A stretch of 17,982 nucleotides of DNA from an uncultured archaeon (GCA_964590575.1 CAZPWM010000012.1:1-17982); one strand, 5' to 3'. Counted from the first letter of the stretch, positions 1-9,190 are shown. Numbers and translations are program-made. Notes: generated from the letters alone by a model not told the origin.

Positions 1-1
1 C

Positions 2-1288
2 ATTGGATTGAGCATAGTATCGAACGCACCACTTGCATACCTGTCGATACCCACATTTCTTGCAATGATGCTTATTCTCTCGACACTCGGAGTTTCCATA
101 GGAGGGCTTCTTGGACTTCTATTCTCCCGAATTCTTGCTGGACGAAGACGACTGAAACAAATTGGTTGGTTCCTAGGAACCTCCTTTGCTGTCCTCGCGA
201 GCGCGCTCTATTACTACTTCATCTTTCTCTCCGATGGATTCGGAGAGATATTCCCCATTCTATTTGAAATTGCAGAAGCATTGGGCTTTACATCAGGTAT
301 CAGTCCAGGAGCTGCAACAAGTGCTCTAGCTCTGGGTCTTTTAGTTGGAGCACCGATAATAATCAATGATGTTTTTCTGGCTCTAGTATACGCTGCCCTC
401 GCCATCGGTCTTGTGAATCTGAATGCTTATGTTAGCGAAACTGCGCATTACAGTGGATGGCTTGCTAGCGGGTCCAAGAGATCTTCGAAGACTAAGACTC
501 CAATTGCTCATGGTATTTGGGATCCACAAACAATCCCTGGGTTCCAGTTTAATACTACTGTCAGTGTGTCGGTGTGGTATAACATTACTAACATTCGCAG
601 AGAAGGTAGAGTACTGGCACAATATCTCATAGGTCCATTGAGGTTCATCGTCATCATTATTTTTGGAATGTTTGCGGGTGGGGAACTTCTGATGGGGTTC
701 ACACCATTCATCGTTATTGCAATCACTGTTCCCTTCGTCATATCATACGCTGTCAGTTTTGCAGGCTATGAGCTCGTGTACGAGGGAAGAAATCTCATGA
801 ATCTTCAGCTAGCACCTCTGAGCATGTACGATTATGTGATGGGTAAAGTCTACAGCTCCGCCCCCTTCGCATTAGTGGTTAGTATTGCGACCTCTCTTCT
901 AGTCACGATACTTGCTCCTAGCTTATTGGTCTATATCCCTGTGGTGATCCCCTCCGCTGTTTTCATCAACCAGGCCGCAGGAGGTATTGCAGCAAATGCT
1001 GCCTCTATTGGTGGCGATTTCAAAGCTCAACGTATTGTAACGAGGCAAAGAGGTGCATCAGTCCAAATGCCTATCCGTGGTTGGTCTATCCTTCGTGCCC
1101 AGCTTCTCCCTAACCTAATTGGTTTTACAGGTCTCTCCGCAATTCTGGGTCTAGGTATCTTCTTGGGTCCTCTATTTGCCTATTTAGCTCTGGTTCCATT
1201 CGGAATAATATGCCTGCGTCTCTCTCGACACTATGCTCGTAGTGCAGGGATTAGATTGACTCAGAAGGAAGCTTCCGATTACATGTGA
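2..1288 (+). CDS. Multi-pass membrane protein, putative ABC-2-type exporter permease (5'-truncated)
   Basis: The frame is open from base 2 (att gga ttg...), so the gene probably starts upstream of the window. It has many hydrophobic segments and the motif EGRNLMNLQLAPLSMYDYVMGK, the 'EG..l..l..aPls...y..gK' loop typical of ABC-2-type permeases. It ends TGA at 1288. Confidence 0.65.
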   Translation: MGLSIVSNAPLAYLSIPTFLAMMLILSTLGVSIGGLLGLLFSRILAGRRRLKQIGWFLGTSFAVLASALYYYFIFLSDGFGEIFPILFEIAEALGFTSGISPGAATSALALGLLVGAPIIINDVFLALVYAALAIGLVNLNAYVSETAHYSGWLASGSKRSSKTKTPIAHGIWDPQTIPGFQFNTTVSVSVWYNITNIRREGRVLAQYLIGPLRFIVIIIFGMFAGGELLMGFTPFIVIAITVPFVISYAVSFAGYELVYEGRNLMNLQLAPLSMYDYVMGKVYSSAPFALVVSIATSLLVTILAPSLLVYIPVVIPSAVFINQAAGGIAANAASIGGDFKAQRIVTRQRGASVQMPIRGWSILRAQLLPNLIGFTGLSAILGLGIFLGPLFAYLALVPFGIICLRLSRHYARSAGIRLTQKEASDYM

Positions 1289-1292
1289 GGAT

Positions 1293-2012
1293 CTATAACT
1301 TCAAGTCAGCGACTTTCTTTGCTGGCGGAAGCATGATGTCACAGTCAAAGTATTGTCCTATCATCGGTGTATCAATCTTCACTAGGCTTAGGTCATCTCG
1401 AGGTCCACTCTGGAACTCAATCTTGACATCACCAGACCGACCGTTCTTTATTGTGTACTCAAGATAGCCTGCTGTCAGCACAGCCAGGTCATAGCCTTCA
1501 CCAGATGGACTTGGAATGACCTTTGCGTTGATGTTAGGTCCACTATCCATCCACGCGCCCTCATCCTCCATGGTGCAGCTGGCTTTGTAAATCGTAGTCT
1601 TGTCCCTTACGACCTTCCCAGTAATGGTGTCACCTTTCCAACCTAGTGAGATATTAGCAAGCTTCCTCGGATATCCCCAGATCTCACGTCCTGAGGTCAA
1701 AGCTACATCAGTATTTACGTAGTTCAAGGCGAAATATACGCCAACTTCTTCTTCCTTAGTTTCAGGGTTGTCAAACACACATTGGATCAACATTCCTGAC
1801 TCCATGAACGTGCCCGTTTCTTTGCAAGGCATCTCTCCAAACATGAAACCTGCGAGGGGCATTTGCGAGGGTCGCAGTGGAGCAGGCAGTAAGTCTTGTA
1901 TTGCATCCTCTGGCGGGTTAAACAACGCTAGGAAAAGTTTCGCATCGATGTAGTGATAGGGTGGCATCGGATAGGTTGGTGACAAAAGCGGTGTACTTTC
2001 TCCCTTGGTCAT
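1293..2012 (-). CDS. Acetoacetate decarboxylase-like family protein (canonical catalytic Lys replaced by Arg)
   Basis: N-terminal SPTYPMPPY, LLPAPL, FMESG and GREIWGYPRKLA match ADC-family motifs (GRExxGYPKK). GGTGA RBS lies upstream of the ATG. Confidence 0.85.
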   Translation of the reverse strand: MTKGESTPLLSPTYPMPPYHYIDAKLFLALFNPPEDAIQDLLPAPLRPSQMPLAGFMFGEMPCKETGTFMESGMLIQCVFDNPETKEEEVGVYFALNYVNTDVALTSGREIWGYPRKLANISLGWKGDTITGKVVRDKTTIYKASCTMEDEGAWMDSGPNINAKVIPSPSGEGYDLAVLTAGYLEYTIKNGRSGDVKIEFQSGPRDDLSLVKIDTPMIGQYFDCDIMLPPAKKVADLKL

Positions 2013-2068
2013 TGCGAATCACCTGATTTATCTCTGAGACCTGATTATTGAATCTACCGAGCGCTATC

Positions 2069-2941
2069 TTACAGGTTCGCTCTCTTGAATATCGCAGGCC
2101 AGATGAAGACACCAGTGATAGCAATCAGGCTGTACCTTATTGCCCGTAGCCATATTTCATCAGTTGGAAGGAATGGAGCTAGTCCATACATTACTCCAAT
2201 GACAAATAGCAATCCAATTACAACTCGTAGCAATAAACGCCACTTATTCCCCTCATAGGGTTCATTTGAGAAGTTCACAAACCTCATCTCAAGAATAAGA
2301 CCAAGAGGGAAACCCATGGTCAACCCTCCATATGCTCCAAAGTTATCGTTTGGTGGCTGAGGAAGAAGAGCCGCAATTAGAGTCATCAAGAATCCAAGTA
2401 ACATCAATCCCAACAGTAAATGTTGAGTATTGTATCTTGAAAGAAAGGCTCTCGCTGGTCTTTCTAAATAGATGAACACTAGCACTGTGAGGATGCCAAT
2501 TCCCCAACCTAACAGTACATCTTCAAGATAATGTACACCAATGTATATCCTTGATATACCCACCAACACTGTGAGTGCAATCGCAATGAGTGCCATCCAC
2601 CATGTCTTGACTCTTGCAGTAAACCATCCGTAGATTGTTACAGAGTTCTGCGCGTGGCCGCTAGGTGTACTATAATTCGGAGCATCTGCACCTGGAAGCC
2701 AATTACTCGATGGAGGTCTCTCCTTCGCAATCATCACCTTCAGCCAGAAGTTCGAAACAACTGAAAAAATTAGAATGAATGTGGCAAGAATAGCTTCTTT
2801 CTTGTTGTATGCCCAATATATAATCAACAGCAAAGCGATGTAAAGTATCTCGCCACCTAGTTCGGACACCCAGAAGAAGAAAACATCCAAGCCTGGAAGT
2901 ATGTTCCTAAGCACATCAGTAATTGTTGGGTCAAACCACAT
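2069..2941 (-). CDS. PAP2-family membrane lipid phosphatase with C-terminal TM extension
   Basis: All three PAP2 motifs are present: KVMIAKERP (Kx6RP), PSGH and SRIYIGVHY. Multiple TM helices; GAGGAG RBS upstream. Confidence 0.92.
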   Translation of the reverse strand: MWFDPTITDVLRNILPGLDVFFFWVSELGGEILYIALLLIIYWAYNKKEAILATFILIFSVVSNFWLKVMIAKERPPSSNWLPGADAPNYSTPSGHAQNSVTIYGWFTARVKTWWMALIAIALTVLVGISRIYIGVHYLEDVLLGWGIGILTVLVFIYLERPARAFLSRYNTQHLLLGLMLLGFLMTLIAALLPQPPNDNFGAYGGLTMGFPLGLILEMRFVNFSNEPYEGNKWRLLLRVVIGLLFVIGVMYGLAPFLPTDEIWLRAIRYSLIAITGVFIWPAIFKRANL

Positions 2942-3009
2942 TAGTTGTTACTCCTCAAACAGGTAGAAGATTCTTGGAGTTTTGTCAGAGAAAAATCTGT
3001 TTGTTCATT

Positions 3010-3023
3010 GAAAAAACCTTATA
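3010..3023 (+). promoter_or_regulatory. Putative archaeal BRE/TATA promoter for pepD
   Basis: GAAAAAAC-CTTATA: a purine-rich BRE followed by a TATA-like box, about 28 nt upstream of the GGAGGT RBS (3051-3056) and 40 nt upstream of ATG 3063. Confidence 0.45.
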
Positions 3024-3062
3024 GTGGTGCATCGAGTCATTAGTGGTTGTGGAGGTTCCTTG

Positions 3063-4565
3063 ATGGTCTTTGAGAGCCTTGAGCCTAAACTTGTTTGGGA
3101 AATATTTGAACACGTCTTCACAAAGACTCCCCGAGAGTCAAAGAAAGAAGACAAGATTCGTGAAAAGTTGAAGAGCTGGATACCCGAGCGTGCGAAATCA
3201 CTTGGTATGGAAATTAAAGTGATTGAGGATGAAGCTGGTAACATCCTTGTCAAGAAGGGAGCTACTAAGGGGATGGAGTCTGTTCAACCATTACTTCTTC
3301 AAGGTCATATGGATATGGTCTGTGAAACCGATAGACCTGATGGTTTTGATTTTGACAATAATCCGATACCTGTTCGGATTCAAGATAATGGTGAATGGGT
3401 CGATGCCGATGGTACGACTCTTGGTGCTGACAACGGTATTGGCACCTCGCTCGGTCTCGCTCTGATGCTGGATCCAAATGTCAGACATGGACCTCTCGAA
3501 CTTCTCATAACAGTGGATGAAGAGACCGGTCTTGTAGGCGCATTTGCCCTTGAACCTGAAAAGATGGGGATTGAGAGTAGACTCTTGATAAACATCGATT
3601 CTGAAAACTTGGGTGTAATAACAATTGGGTCGGCTGGTGGAGGTGACACAGACCTTATCAAAAAGATTGAACATAAGAAGGTCACTGGAGATGTTACATT
3701 TTACGACCTCATAGTTTCAGGGCTTTTTGGTGGCCACTCAGGTGTGGACATTCACAAACATCGAGCAAATGCAAACAAGCTCGGTGCGAGAATACTCTCA
3801 TCGCTTGTAGCTGAGATGAACGTACATCTCTGCAACTGGAATGGAGGAAGCAAACATAACGCCATACCTCGCGAAGCCACTGCTAAATTCGCGGTCGAAA
3901 CATCCAACGCTCAAAAAGCAGAAGATTTGCTCGACAAAGCCCGTAAAGAAATAAAAGCATACTACAAGGAGATTGAACCGGATGTTCAGATCAGCTGGGC
4001 GAAATCCTCCGCCGAACCTGCATTTTCACTTGACGAGTCACATAAAATAATCAAATCAATCAACATCATTCCACATGGGCCAATACATTTCTCTCCTAAT
4101 GTCGATGGTCTGGTCGAAACCTCAAACAACGTTGCTGTCATAAAGACTGATAGTTCTCAGATTTCGGCTCTCCTTTCTACGAGAAGTAGTGTTGATTCGG
4201 AACTTGAATTCTTCAGACAAAGTGTGGCTGACTTAGCTGAATTGAGTGGATGGCATGTTACTAGGAGAGATGCATACCCTGGATGGAATCCTGAACCAAA
4301 GAGTCTGTTTCTATCTTTTGTACGGTCACATTTCGAGAAGATAACTGGTAGAGATGTGAAGGTTGAAGCTATTCATGCTGGTCTTGAGTGTGGCATAATT
4401 GGTTCTAAGATTCCTGGAATTCAAATGGTATCAATTGGACCAAGATTGGAAAATGCGCATACTCCTGACGAGAAGCTCAAAATCATTGATGTCGAGATTC
4501 TCTATAACCTTCTGAAAGCTATTGTAGAAGACCTTCCTAATCTCAAGAAGTTAGTACTCAGGTAA
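3063..4565 (+). CDS. pepD: Aminoacyl-histidine dipeptidase / cytosol non-specific dipeptidase (peptidase M20C)
   Basis: Motifs QGHMDMV, TTLGADNGIG, DEETG, NIDSE, GGHSG.DIH, IHAGLECG and HTPDE. I moved the start from GTG 3024 to ATG 3063 because GGAGGT lies 6 nt upstream. The 3' end overlaps the convergent AOR gene by 8 nt. Confidence 0.93.
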   Translation: MVFESLEPKLVWEIFEHVFTKTPRESKKEDKIREKLKSWIPERAKSLGMEIKVIEDEAGNILVKKGATKGMESVQPLLLQGHMDMVCETDRPDGFDFDNNPIPVRIQDNGEWVDADGTTLGADNGIGTSLGLALMLDPNVRHGPLELLITVDEETGLVGAFALEPEKMGIESRLLINIDSENLGVITIGSAGGGDTDLIKKIEHKKVTGDVTFYDLIVSGLFGGHSGVDIHKHRANANKLGARILSSLVAEMNVHLCNWNGGSKHNAIPREATAKFAVETSNAQKAEDLLDKARKEIKAYYKEIEPDVQISWAKSSAEPAFSLDESHKIIKSINIIPHGPIHFSPNVDGLVETSNNVAVIKTDSSQISALLSTRSSVDSELEFFRQSVADLAELSGWHVTRRDAYPGWNPEPKSLFLSFVRSHFEKITGRDVKVEAIHAGLECGIIGSKIPGIQMVSIGPRLENAHTPDEKLKIIDVEILYNLLKAIVEDLPNLKKLVLR

Positions 4566-6378
4566 GGTTTCCGAGACCGAGCTTCTCAAGTTTGTCTTTC
4601 GGTGGCTTTCCTGTTTTCCTGTCCCACCCTCGGTACTCGTACCATGTCTTCAGTTGAGCCTCTATATCAGGGACATGTCCCTCGGTGGCACCTTCGAGTG
4701 GTTTCAGTATAAGATCTGGGAGCTTCTCCTTCTTTGGATTATAACCAAGTTTGAGATTAAGCAGCCGCATCATGGTGAATATTCTCTCACCAGTTTGTAC
4801 TAACTCTTCGATGGTCATATCCCATCCGGTTGCTAGGTTGAGAAGTTTCAGTAACTGGTCTCCATCCATTGGATAGAAATTACAGCTGACTGCTGAGTTT
4901 GTCAAGGCTCGGAAGTCCTGAAGCCTAGCAACTAGATCTGCCTCATTAGCAAATCTATCGTCACTCTCGATATTGAAGGCCTCGTTAGGTTGACCCATCT
5001 GGACGTTATACATGTCTGCACTCATGTGACATGCACCCCGAGGGGATGTTGCGTACCCAATGGCATGTCCCGAGAACCCTCGCGGATCATGCTGAGGAAA
5101 TTCTAGACCATTCACTTGAACTGCAAGTTCCGGAACACCAAACTTCTCTCCAAACTCCAACGCTCCTTCAGCCATAACGTCTCCAATGCCATCACGTTTA
5201 GCTATCTTCTCAGCTAGAGCTAATCCTGATTCGACCTCACCCCATTCTGGTGTAATCCCATCAAGATCGTCTGCAGTTATCTTACCCTCTTTGAAAAGAT
5301 AGTATGCAAAAGCAATGGTGTTTCCACCGGATATGGTGTCAATCCCAAGCATGTTCAGCATCCTATTGGCATAAGCCACAGCCTCGACATTGTTGTTGAG
5401 AATAAGAGACCCCATCGTCCCCGTCACTTCAAGTTCAGGGCCTGCATACTTGTCCATCTTGTACTTGCCTTCTGGGATTTCAATCACTCTTCCACAACCA
5501 ATAGGACATCTATAACACGCGGACTTCCCGGTTAGAATCGTTTCTCGCACAGTAGTGCCACTCAGATTGTATGAATCGAAATCAGAAACCGTGTAGTATC
5601 CTGCAGGGAGTGACCCCCACATCATACTAGCCATATCTGTGAATCCCGCTGTGCCCAAATCTGAGTACATCCTAAATGATGGGTCCTCTTCCTTGTCCTT
5701 GTTTAATTCTGAAGCATACTCACGCATACCTTCCTCATCAGCAACAGGTACTTTGCGATCTGTTCCATGAATCACTATTGCTTTCAATTTCTTAGAACCC
5801 ATAACTGCCCCTTGACCTGTACGCCCTGCGGCTCTATGATGGTCCACAATGATACTAGCGTATTTTACAAGATTCTCGCCAGCAATACCAATTCTCGCTA
5901 TCCCCGCATTCTTGTGTCCTGTTTCTTTTTTCAGCTCCTCCCATACCTGAATTGTATCCTTTCCCCAGAGATGTTTCGCACTCCTAATCTCGACGTCTGT
6001 GTTCTCTACAAGCAGATACGATGGTTCTTCAGCAGCACCGATGAAGATGATCCCGTCATATCCTGCAAACTTGAGATCCGCACCCAAGTGGCCGCCCACA
6101 GTGCTGTATCCAAGAAGTCCAGTCTTTGGTGATCTTGAACAGAAAGTTGACTTACTTCCGGTAGGTGCCATAGTTCCGCACAATGGACCCGTCAGATAGA
6201 TGAGTGGGTTCTCAGGACGAAGTGGGTCTGTATCAGTATCAATCAAATCATACAACAGGCGCGTCCCTAATCCTGCACCCCCAATGAAGCCTCTCAATAG
6301 TTTCTCATCAATCGATGTGACAGAGGTTGATCCAGCGCTCAAATCTACTCTGAGAATCTTACCTCGGTAGCCTTTCAA
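4558..6378 (-). CDS. aor: Aldehyde:ferredoxin oxidoreductase family (tungstopterin, 4Fe-4S)
   Basis: N-terminal GYRGKILRVDLS, FIGGAGLG, SPKTG, AAGRTGQGAVMGSKKLKAI, CYRCPIGC (CxxCxxxC), GIDTIS, RGACH and C-terminal YYxxRGWD-like WYEYRGWD. TTG start with GGAGG RBS. Confidence 0.95.
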   Translation of the reverse strand: MKGYRGKILRVDLSAGSTSVTSIDEKLLRGFIGGAGLGTRLLYDLIDTDTDPLRPENPLIYLTGPLCGTMAPTGSKSTFCSRSPKTGLLGYSTVGGHLGADLKFAGYDGIIFIGAAEEPSYLLVENTDVEIRSAKHLWGKDTIQVWEELKKETGHKNAGIARIGIAGENLVKYASIIVDHHRAAGRTGQGAVMGSKKLKAIVIHGTDRKVPVADEEGMREYASELNKDKEEDPSFRMYSDLGTAGFTDMASMMWGSLPAGYYTVSDFDSYNLSGTTVRETILTGKSACYRCPIGCGRVIEIPEGKYKMDKYAGPELEVTGTMGSLILNNNVEAVAYANRMLNMLGIDTISGGNTIAFAYYLFKEGKITADDLDGITPEWGEVESGLALAEKIAKRDGIGDVMAEGALEFGEKFGVPELAVQVNGLEFPQHDPRGFSGHAIGYATSPRGACHMSADMYNVQMGQPNEAFNIESDDRFANEADLVARLQDFRALTNSAVSCNFYPMDGDQLLKLLNLATGWDMTIEELVQTGERIFTMMRLLNLKLGYNPKKEKLPDLILKPLEGATEGHVPDIEAQLKTWYEYRGWDRKTGKPPKDKLEKLGLGNLT

Positions 6379-6393
6379 TCTAATAACCTCCCT

Positions 6394-7575
6394 CTAGAAA
6401 TCTATGATTTTCCCATCAAACATGTATTGGTAGATCTTCCGAATCTCGTCGCTGTCAGTATTCCGCGGATTCATGGTTAGACTAGTGTCCATCATCGCAA
6501 ACTCGACCATATTCTCCAGCCCCGCAGTGAAGTCCTTCTTTTTCACTCCTGCCTCCTTGAAGCTCTGAGGACTACCAATCTTTGCCATCAATTCTCTGAT
6601 CGCTGCTGCGAATTTCATAGATGTGTCTTTGTCATTCTTCCCGGACACTCCGATTATGCGTGCCAATTCTGAATAATACTTCGCGGCATCTTCGTTGTCA
6701 ATACAATTGAACTCTATAGTGTATGGTAAAGCCATTCCAACAGACATACCATGATGAGTCCTCAAGACAGACCCCATACTATGGCCCAGAGAATGCGCGA
6801 GTGCTGCTTGTGAATTTCCGAATGACATACCTGCAAGACAAGCAGCAACAAGCATCTTCTCTCTACTCTCTAAATCCGCGAGGTTGTCAACAGACTTTGG
6901 TAGCCATTCGAAGACCATCTTTACTGCTTGAAGGGAACAACCGTCAGAGAAGTCGTTTTTCCATACAGAAATGTATCCCTCAACAGCGTGTGTCAATGCA
7001 TCCATGCCGGTATAAGCTGTGAGTTCTTTTGGTAACCCCACAACAAACTCTGGGTCGAGAATTGCAATGTCTGGAGTTAACTCGGGGTTAATAGTGGCGA
7101 ATTTTCTGCCTGTTTCATCATCGCGAATCACAATTGCTTTTGTCGCTTCGGATCCCGTTCCTGTAGTAGTTGGGATGCACACGAGCTTCGCTTTTGTACG
7201 AAGCCCCAGTTCATCAAATGGAGTGAGAGCGTGGAGTTCTATTCCTGGTTTTTCATAGAGTACCCAAGCAGCTTTCGCAGTGTCCATTACACTTCCTCCC
7301 CCTACAGCAATTATCCAGTCTGCCCCAAACCTTTTGATAGCCTCAGCCGCGGATTTGACTGTGGAGACCTTTGGGTCAGGCTCTACTCCATCCCAAATTG
7401 CCGCTTCCCATTGTCGTTCGGTCAATATTCTACAGACCTTCTCAGCTAGACCAAGACTATTGATTATCTTATCAGTCACGATGAAGGCTTTCTTTCCCTT
7501 CAGCGTTTCAAGCTCACTCAGAGCGTCTTCACCAAAGGTGATATTTGGCGTAAAGAACCACCAGACCATTCCCAT
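6394..7575 (-). CDS. Iron-containing alcohol dehydrogenase
   Basis: GGGSVMD, PTTTGTGSE, MDALTHAVEGY and AHSLGH...HHG supply the D/H/H/H metal ligands. The true start may be the second ATG (7569), which is better spaced from GAGGAG. Confidence 0.95.
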   Translation of the reverse strand: MGMVWWFFTPNITFGEDALSELETLKGKKAFIVTDKIINSLGLAEKVCRILTERQWEAAIWDGVEPDPKVSTVKSAAEAIKRFGADWIIAVGGGSVMDTAKAAWVLYEKPGIELHALTPFDELGLRTKAKLVCIPTTTGTGSEATKAIVIRDDETGRKFATINPELTPDIAILDPEFVVGLPKELTAYTGMDALTHAVEGYISVWKNDFSDGCSLQAVKMVFEWLPKSVDNLADLESREKMLVAACLAGMSFGNSQAALAHSLGHSMGSVLRTHHGMSVGMALPYTIEFNCIDNEDAAKYYSELARIIGVSGKNDKDTSMKFAAAIRELMAKIGSPQSFKEAGVKKKDFTAGLENMVEFAMMDTSLTMNPRNTDSDEIRKIYQYMFDGKIIDF

Positions 7576-7645
7576 CTCTCCTCAATGCACAATATGCTGT
7601 AAAACAGAGGACTCGCGTCCCTTTATTTCCTCGCACTGACTGTTT

Positions 7646-8737
7646 TCACTCACGAACGACGAACTTTGGTACTTTACCAAGAACCTCTACAGCTTCTGTA
7701 ACTATACTCTCAATGAGTTCAGCTGTCGAAGGAAGGTTTCGAATCCGCCCAACAACCTCTCCACCAAACATCAGTGCTGTGTCCTTCTTTTCATCCATGA
7801 GATCTGTAAATCCTGTTCTTTCAAGGTCGAGAATTTTTTCATTGGAGTCTAATGGTTCGCCAAGGAAGAAGTTTGGTAGATCTTCCAACGTCTGTTCAAC
7901 AATCTCTTCTGCCCTTTTATTGCGAAGGAATCTCATCGGTCCAAAGAGACCTCTACCTACGAGAGTCTGACGCTCCTCTCTGTCTAAAATCGCTTGCTTC
8001 CACATAGGTTCGAAGTCGCTCTCTCTGGTGGCTATGAAACGAGTTCCCATTTGAATCCCCACTGCACCTAAACACAGAGCTGCAGCCAGTGTAGAACCAT
8101 CACAGAATCCACCTGCACCAACCACTGGGGTTTTCACAGCTTTCGCTACTTCTGGTACGAGGACCATTGAATGAACTGGGTCCCATGAAACATGCGCCCC
8201 TCCCTCATGTCCTGATGCTACTATCACATCGGCACCAGCTGCCTCTGCTTTCTTCGCATGGTAAACAGATGGCGAAACATGAACCCAGATGAACCCCTCA
8301 TCCTTGAGTACTGACCAAGGTTTTGGGTTTCCTGCTGACGTGACAATGACTCTAAGTGAACGTTCAGTGTCCGAGTTCGATCTGCAGGACTCAATTGTTT
8401 GTTCAACAAACATCTTGGACGCAAGAATAAACTCTGATGCCACAGGCACATTTACCCCGAATATCCCCCCTGTGGAACGGGTCTGCTTCGTGACTGTTTC
8501 AATCGATTTTTGTAGGATAACAGCAGGCGGGTCTGAACCAAACAGTCTCTCCGCATCAAGAGGCGCTGCTTCAGGTATGAGCGTTGCTGCCATCCCGATA
8601 CAACTGATGATGCCAAGGGCTCCAGCATTTGCTATTGCTATTGCTAGCGCTTCAGTCTTATACGGTCCCATGCCTCCCTGAAGTATGGGGTGTCTGATTC
8701 CGACTATGTCACAGAGTTCTGTGTGAATGAGAGCCAT
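7646..8737 (-). CDS. FMN-dependent nitronate monooxygenase / FabK enoyl-reductase family protein
   Basis: HPILQGGM, ANAGALG, FGVN, GHEGGAH, AGGFCDG and GIQMGTRF. I chose ATG 8737 (GGTGA RBS upstream) over GTG 8752. Confidence 0.9.
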   Translation of the reverse strand: MALIHTELCDIVGIRHPILQGGMGPYKTEALAIAIANAGALGIISCIGMAATLIPEAAPLDAERLFGSDPPAVILQKSIETVTKQTRSTGGIFGVNVPVASEFILASKMFVEQTIESCRSNSDTERSLRVIVTSAGNPKPWSVLKDEGFIWVHVSPSVYHAKKAEAAGADVIVASGHEGGAHVSWDPVHSMVLVPEVAKAVKTPVVGAGGFCDGSTLAAALCLGAVGIQMGTRFIATRESDFEPMWKQAILDREERQTLVGRGLFGPMRFLRNKRAEEIVEQTLEDLPNFFLGEPLDSNEKILDLERTGFTDLMDEKKDTALMFGGEVVGRIRNLPSTAELIESIVTEAVEVLGKVPKFVVRE

Positions 8738-8770
8738 AGCCTTCACCTTCACAGACTGCGATTTAAATCT

Positions 8771-9190
8771 CTACTCATCTAGATATTTTGTTGGAACCTG
8801 TCTTGTCGTTGCTACAAGCTCGAGGGCCGCCTTTGTGTAGCGCATGACCTTGCCCATATCACCATCAAGTTTGAATTTTCTAGCCATGATGCCCTTGATT
8901 GGGTCAATCTTGCCATCAAACAATGCTCGCCAGTTCTTGTAGGGTCCAGAGTAAGTGAACTCCGCCGTGTCACCAGGTTCTGCCATCCTTGCCTTTCTAC
9001 ATTTTCCGTGCCAGAGGTCCATATAGAACCTGAATGGTTCTTTAACAATCTCTCCATCTGCAGTGATTTCGAAGATGAAGTCGCCCTCCCATGTCTTGGC
9101 GGCATCTTCGTAGCGGTCATTTTTGTTCAGGAGTTCCATGTATAGTGCAACCCACTCGTCTGAGGGGTATGTTAATAGTTCGTCACCCAT
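8771..9190 (-). CDS. Stand-alone SCP2 (sterol carrier protein 2) lipid-binding domain protein
   Basis: YPSDEW...LN...Y..AAKTWEGD N-terminus and W..LFDGKIDPIKGIMARKFKLDGDM SCP2 signature; 139 aa from ATG 9190. Confidence 0.9.
   Translation of the reverse strand: MGDELLTYPSDEWVALYMELLNKNDRYEDAAKTWEGDFIFEITADGEIVKEPFRFYMDLWHGKCRKARMAEPGDTAEFTYSGPYKNWRALFDGKIDPIKGIMARKFKLDGDMGKVMRYTKAALELVATTRQVPTKYLDE

Noticed and set aside
2955-3003. Inverted repeat CAAACAG...CTGTTTG in the divergent PAP2/pepD intergenic region
   Set aside because: The 7-bp arms are separated by about 35 nt of unpaired sequence, which is too weak to call.
4558-4565. 8-nt convergent overlap of pepD and aor, and the 4-nt gap at 1289-1292
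   Set aside because: Short convergent overlaps are common in compact archaeal genomes, and nothing suggests antisense regulation.
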